Assembly (NCBI GenBank): GCA_037917625.1
Contig: JAVCBY010000043.1
Coordinates: forward strand, 1 to 20,698
From: Thermoproteota archaeon
Lineage (GTDB): Archaea; Korarchaeota; Korarchaeia; Korarchaeales; Korarchaeaceae
Reading direction: 5' to 3'
DNA: 20,698 nucleotides
In this document: positions 16,247-20,698 of the stretch, piece after piece
Layout: each line of letters starts with the position of its first letter
How positions within the stretch are numbered: position 1 is the first letter of the stretch
Made by a program: the position numbers and the translations under genes
Notes under the pieces: generated by a model
What the model saw: the letters and a program-made list of their open reading frames with translations, nothing else
What the model was told of the DNA's origin: nothing
Database searches by the model: none

Positions 16247-17141
16247 ATGCCCCCCTTGAGCGTTATGAGTGATTTGATTGAGTTTTACAGAGGAGCTGGA
16301 AACATAAAGTTAAGAGGGGGGCTCGACGAAAGTTCCTTCGTCATAGAAATATCCGGGAGAAGGGAGATAAGGGTCCTAGTCTCTATCTTCGACCCCTCTT
16401 ACGAGAGCGTGCAGGAATTCGTTGAGTCCCTGATAGATTCCTACAGGAGAGCGGGGATAGTTTTCGATAGGCTAGACTTATGGGTCCCTAAGAATCTATA
16501 TGCTACCGCGAGCAGGGAGGTAGAGGAGGGGAGAGCTAAGGGGGATGGCTGGGCCTCTAAGGTGATAGTGAGATCTCTAGATAGATCATTCATCCCCGAT
16601 CTCGAGATGAAATCTGTGAGTAGGGAGGATCTCCAGATTAAGAGGGACTCACAAGTAGCTAGATCCAGTAGGATAACACCAGATCCGGATATTGGGAAGC
16701 TGATTCAGGAGGTCGGGAAGGGGCTGGCTGAGGAGATCTCCAAGAATCTAGAGATTTTCATAAGGGGTCTACTATCCTCAGACCTTAAGAAGGAAGATCC
16801 AGAGCTGATACACAGAATACATGAACTAGAGAGGAGAATAGAGCTCTTAGAATCCTTTATCAAGATACTGGGGAGCTATGGTACCTTCTCCTCTCTCCCC
16901 AAGCCCAGCTTCCAGTTCAGTGAACTCGTTATAGAGAGCTCAACTAAACAGAAATCCGAGATTGAGAGAGTTGAGAAACAAGTTATCCCTAAAATAGAGG
17001 AAGACATTCATAATGAAAGATCCTATGACGTTGGATCTGAAGGGGGGTTCGATGGAGGATGTGCTCTCGGAGATATTTAATAATCCTTGGGTGAGCATCC
17101 TGAGGAGGAAAGGTGAGAACTTTGAAAGTGAGAGTAATTGA
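16247..17141 (+). CDS. Uncharacterised protein with central coiled coil; apparent +1 frameshift near the 3' end (annotated frame stops at 17080)
   Basis: 277-aa ORF with host-like codon usage and a heptad segment (LIHRIHELERRIELLE). The +1 frame reads ...GSMEDVLSEIFNNPWVSILRRKGENFESESN* to 17141. Confidence 0.7.
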
Positions 17142-17883
17142 GCTATCTGATCAAAGGACGCTCCTCGTTCTGGAGGGAGTCTCCCCATCTTTCGCGAACT
17201 CAATAAGGAGGGCAATAATAGCTGAAGTTCCGACTTTCGCGATAGATGAGGTGATATTCTTCGAGAACACGACACCCTTCTTCGATGAATATATAGCGCA
17301 TAGGTTGGCGATGATCCCGCTCAAGACTAGCCTCGATTTACTGAGGATCGATCCCAATAGGACTGTAGTGCTCGAATTATCGAAGAAAGCGAAGGATCCG
17401 ATTGAGATAGTGTATTCGGGAGAGCTAAAGTCCTCAGATCCTCTCGTATATCCGGCTAACGATAAGATACCGATAATAAAGATGAGGAAGGGGCAGAAAT
17501 TGAGGTTTCAGGCTATAGCTAGGATCGGTAGAGGGAAAGATCACTCTAAGTGGTCGCCAGCTGCAGCAGTCGGTTATAGTTACATGCCTATTTATGAACT
17601 GAAGGGCTTAGAATCTATAGAATGCGATTTGAGTCAATGCTCAAACTGCATTGAGTCAGATGGCGGAATTTTGAGGGTAGATTACCCCGTCCTCTGTGAT
17701 GGATGTTTGGAGGCGTTGGAGAGATGCAGGGTTAGGAACCCCGATAAGATAGTCAGGAGATGGGATGAATCCAGGATCATCATAAGCTACGAATCCACGG
17801 GCTCTCTGAGGCCGGAGGAGATATTCAGCGAGGCGTTGAATCAAGTGAAGGGGAAGCTCGGGGAGCTGCTCAGTAAGATATAG
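17122..17883 (+). CDS. rpoD: DNA-directed RNA polymerase subunit Rpo3 (D)
   Basis: ANSIRRAIIAEVPTFAIDEV, DEYIAHRLAMIPL, GRGKDHSKWSP, ESTGSL. TTG 17122 lies 6 nt after GGTG (alternative GTG 17113). Confidence 0.96.
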   Translation: MKVRVIELSDQRTLLVLEGVSPSFANSIRRAIIAEVPTFAIDEVIFFENTTPFFDEYIAHRLAMIPLKTSLDLLRIDPNRTVVLELSKKAKDPIEIVYSGELKSSDPLVYPANDKIPIIKMRKGQKLRFQAIARIGRGKDHSKWSPAAAVGYSYMPIYELKGLESIECDLSQCSNCIESDGGILRVDYPVLCDGCLEALERCRVRNPDKIVRRWDESRIIISYESTGSLRPEEIFSEALNQVKGKLGELLSKI

Positions 17884-17889
17884 ATAACG

Positions 17890-17897
17890 TTTTTAAT
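17890..17897 (+). promoter_or_regulatory. TATA box of tRNA-Leu
   Basis: TTTTTAAT about 22 nt before the tRNA 5' end. Confidence 0.55.
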
Positions 17898-17919
17898 CTG
17901 TTGAGGCATATAGGCTCGG

Positions 17920-18006
17920 GCGGGGGTAGCCAAGCCAGGTCCAAGGCGCCCGCTTGAGGGGCGGGTGGGCGTCAGGCCCGCGTGGGTTCAAATCCCACCC
18001 CCCGCA
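17920..18006 (+). tRNA. tRNA-Leu(GAG), intronless, CCA not encoded
   Basis: Acceptor GCGGGGG/CCCCCGC, anticodon arm CCCGC-TTGAGGG-GCGGG, long variable arm, T arm GTGGG-TTCAAAT-CCCAC, discriminator A followed by CTA. Confidence 0.97.
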
Positions 18007-18007
18007 C

Positions 18008-18030
18008 TAAAAAAGAAAGGAAGGGGGAGA
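18008..18030 (-). terminator. Pyrimidine/U-rich terminator of the cyd operon
   Basis: Minus strand reads TCTCCCCCTTCCTTTCTTTTTTA directly after the stop. Confidence 0.5.
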
Positions 18031-19179
18031 TTATTCTCCTTTAAATAACGTCTCATATATGAAGTAACCTATCGCTATGAGCAATATCGCTATCCCGAGA
18101 GCTGTTACTAAGAACAGAGTGGGATCACTGGCCAAGGGGCTCACGCTCTCGAGAGATAAGGATCTTCCTAGTATCGTCCTCCATGGTTCAGGTATTTTAT
18201 CAGCTACTATCGGTAGATTGGCTATGAAGTATGGGTATTGACTGAACATATTCAAGTACTCTCCAGTTAATATCGTGAGCGCTGCTGATATCGTTGCGAG
18301 GGCTGAGAGCTTGAAGTTAACGCTGCCGAATATTAGTCTCAATATAGCGTAGATCTGAATCACTATGAGTATTATCTTGATCAGGAAGAGCCAGCTCGTG
18401 TCGACTGTCTCAACTCCACCTAATCCCCATCCGAAGGATCTGAAGATATTGTTGAACTTCATCGGCGTCGATATCAATGACATAGAGTACCATGGGCCCA
18501 ATATCAGCGTTATGAAAGTCCCCACTACGGCTACCTTCAATGAAGTCGAGTAAAGCTGGGAGCTCTCCTCACTCCTCTCCTTGACCATTCGATAAGCTAA
18601 CAGAGTCGAGATGAAGAGGGAACCGAACGTTATGGCGCCGAATACACTCTTCAGATAGAGGGGCGCGAAAGTCGGATTGGCGAGAGCTCCGAGGGCATCT
18701 ATATAAGGCTTCCCATCTATCTTAAGCCCAGATGGCGTATTCAGGAAGGCGAAAACTAACCTGAAGCCGAGAGGTATAGTGTAAGCTGTGATAGCTAATA
18801 GGATACCGGAGGAGAGGTGAGCCCATCTCGGGAAGGAGTCCCAACCGTAGTAGTAGAGCACTATAGCTAGGAAGTGGATCAGTATCGAGAGTATCGCTAT
18901 CCCGAATGGGAGCAAGGTTATGTTGCCAGCAACCCCTATGAACTCGGGATAGAAGCTGAGTAGGAATACAGTGAAGGCTGTCCCCATGACACCAGCTATC
19001 GCATAGGTAGCAGCGTATATCCTGAATATCCCTCTAGCTATTCCGTCGAGCCTCTCATTCCCCGCGAGATCCGCTTTCCTCTTCAGCAAGGGCACTATCG
19101 TCGCGAGGGCCATTCCCAGGTTAACAGCCACTATATGTATGCCGAAGACGAGAGCTACGAAGTAGACCTGCGGGATCAT
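18031..19179 (-). CDS. CydA-paralogous second subunit (CydA') of a cytochrome bd-type oxygen reductase
   Basis: Multi-TM protein whose N-terminal half parallels CydA (FGIHIVAVNLG, YAIAGVMGT, YYYGWD, AFLNTPSG, ALANP) but lacks the Q-loop and GRxPW. Translationally coupled to cydA; ATG 19179 follows a GGAGGTG SD. Confidence 0.75.
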   Translation of the reverse strand: MIPQVYFVALVFGIHIVAVNLGMALATIVPLLKRKADLAGNERLDGIARGIFRIYAATYAIAGVMGTAFTVFLLSFYPEFIGVAGNITLLPFGIAILSILIHFLAIVLYYYGWDSFPRWAHLSSGILLAITAYTIPLGFRLVFAFLNTPSGLKIDGKPYIDALGALANPTFAPLYLKSVFGAITFGSLFISTLLAYRMVKERSEESSQLYSTSLKVAVVGTFITLILGPWYSMSLISTPMKFNNIFRSFGWGLGGVETVDTSWLFLIKIILIVIQIYAILRLIFGSVNFKLSALATISAALTILTGEYLNMFSQYPYFIANLPIVADKIPEPWRTILGRSLSLESVSPLASDPTLFLVTALGIAILLIAIGYFIYETLFKGE

Positions 19180-19181
19180 GA

Positions 19182-20698
19182 TCACACCTCCCTAACTGAT
19201 GGAGCGTACAGGAGCTTCCAAACGGCTAAGATCAGAGCTAAAGCTACGGAAATCAATATTAAAGCTATTAAGCCGTATGATAATGGATCTCCGGGGTTCG
19301 CTGTTTGAGCTACATCTACTGTCATTACACCGTAGATGGACCACGGCTTCCTCCCTATCTCCCTGACGGCCCACCCGAGGAAACTGATGATCTGAGCTAC
19401 TATAGGAGTCAATACGTTTATTTTGAGTAGAATTGGGGATAAATTCCCTCTCATGATTAATATAGATGAGATCAAAGCATATAGACCTAAGAGGATGCTT
19501 AGGCCCGTCTTAACGTAGTATAAGTAGTGTATCATGAGGGGAGGCCTACAATCGAACGCTGCTTCAGCTAATGTACAGTAATCTTTGGGTATCGAATCGT
19601 AATCGGGTAGTTTAGCTTCGAAGCTCCCATAAGCTATGAAGCTCATGATCTTCTCTATTCCTAGAGATCTGCTGAAGCTGAATATCGTATTACTAGTACC
19701 TTCCATCGCCGCTAATTTCTCGGGGTTATATGAAGCTATCTCAACCCCTATGATGTGCCCGAAAAGGAGACCTTGAACTGCTATGAAGATTAAGCTCAAC
19801 AAGATCCCTAGCCTTAATCCACTGGCATAATAGACTTTCCTCTTATCGCTCTTCGACCTGAGGAGTAGCAAGGAGTACCCCCCGAATATAGTGAATCCCG
19901 TTACCGTTATCGCAGCCCCTAGAGCATGCAATATGCTTCCAGCGTAAACTGGGGAGAGGAAAGTGACCATAGTATACCCGACGCTCTTAACAGTGTTGGT
20001 CAATATGATATCAACGACGTCCTTCACTAGCAGATCCTTAACGCTTCCAAGGGCCTCCTCCTTTATGACGAGTGAGAGTACGCTATCTCCCACTTTGACG
20101 TTACTCCAGGATTCGCTCGCGAGCTTAGATACTATCTTAGATGGGAGTAGAACAGCGACACCTTCACTCCTCTCTCCTAAAACTTCCATACCGAGAGATA
20201 GGAGCTTGTTCACATCTAGTACACCTACTATTTCCTTAGGGACTACTAAGAGCAGCTTAGGATATCCCTTATCGTACTTCCACCCGTTCATAGGATCGTA
20301 GGAAGCTTGTATCCCAGTGGGGGCAACCATGTAGCTGTTCACACTCATTATGAGGGCTCCTGAAAACCAAGCCCCTACTAAAGCTAGGAATGCTAGGATC
20401 AGCTTCCCCTTGACCCCTAGCTTCCTCCACCCGAATACTAAGAAGTATATGAAGGTTATCTCTATGAGGAAAGCGAAGATCTCCGCGTACAGAGGGAAGA
20501 ATATGTACCTACCGGCAGCCTCGAGTAAGTTTGGCCATATTAAAACCAAACCGAACTCGCTTAATGTCCCGCTAGCGGCTCCTACTGCGAATATTATGCC
20601 TAAGGCCTTTGCCATGGTCTTGGCCATCTCATGCCACTTCTCATCCTTGCTCCTCGCGTAGAGCAGTAGCGAGAGGATTATGAATAGGGGCAAACCGA
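19182..20698 (-). CDS. cydA: Cytochrome bd-type quinol oxidase subunit I (5' partial)
   Basis: FAVGAASGTLSEF, LYAEIFAFLIEITF, GAWFSGALIMSVNSYM..P, ILHAL, PEKLAAMEG and GWAVREIGRKPW. The frame stays open to the window edge. Confidence 0.93.
   Translation of the reverse strand, partial: GLPLFIILSLLLYARSKDEKWHEMAKTMAKALGIIFAVGAASGTLSEFGLVLIWPNLLEAAGRYIFFPLYAEIFAFLIEITFIYFLVFGWRKLGVKGKLILAFLALVGAWFSGALIMSVNSYMVAPTGIQASYDPMNGWKYDKGYPKLLLVVPKEIVGVLDVNKLLSLGMEVLGERSEGVAVLLPSKIVSKLASESWSNVKVGDSVLSLVIKEEALGSVKDLLVKDVVDIILTNTVKSVGYTMVTFLSPVYAGSILHALGAAITVTGFTIFGGYSLLLLRSKSDKRKVYYASGLRLGILLSLIFIAVQGLLFGHIIGVEIASYNPEKLAAMEGTSNTIFSFSRSLGIEKIMSFIAYGSFEAKLPDYDSIPKDYCTLAEAAFDCRPPLMIHYLYYVKTGLSILLGLYALISSILIMRGNLSPILLKINVLTPIVAQIISFLGWAVREIGRKPWSIYGVMTVDVAQTANPGDPLSYGLIALILISVALALILAVWKLLYAPSVREV

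Noticed and set aside
14469-18006. Direct repeat CGCGTGGGTTCAAATCCCACCCCC in two places suggesting att sites
   Set aside because: Both copies are T arms of complete tRNAs, the enclosed genes are housekeeping, and no integrase is present.
1-20698. CRISPR arrays, IS elements, rRNA, selenoprotein/pyrrolysine read-through
   Set aside because: I saw no regularly spaced repeats, transposase/integrase ORFs, rRNA-like tracts or in-frame stops within conserved domains.

Overview
Archaeal genomic window. Archaeal-only r-proteins (eS4, eL32, eL19, eL34, eL14), Cbf5, Rpo3, GGTGA-type SD sites, TATA boxes and AGG/ATA-rich codon usage point to a thermophilic TACK archaeon; a Korarchaeum-like lineage is my inference. 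Left flank: end of feoB, an Lrp/AsnC regulator, a COG0212 5-formyl-THF cyclo-ligase paralog, an HTH/Zn-ribbon regulator and an M20 peptidase. Core: bacterial-type adk, then the spc-type cluster (uL14-uL24-eS4-uL5-uS14-uS8-uL6-eL32-eL19-uL18-uS5-uL30-uL15-secY-DUF106-eL34-eL14-cbf5), tRNA-Ser(GGA), uS13-uS4-uS11, an orphan gene, rpoD and tRNA-Leu(GAG). Right flank: a minus-strand cytochrome bd-type CydA/CydA' pair. The window is mostly housekeeping, and I see no mobile element or CRISPR array. The most notable signals are (i) a GC-rich structured leader with an internal promoter and a probable CUG start in front of rpl30p, (ii) an orphan gene between rps11 and rpoD whose likely C-terminus lies in the +1 frame beyond a G6 run, (iii) absence of adkA/cmk from their usual slots with a bacterial-type Adk upstream, (iv) CydAA' with Lys at the heme b558 Met position and a large loop insertion, and (v) a cloverleaf-like fold directly behind tRNA-Ser.
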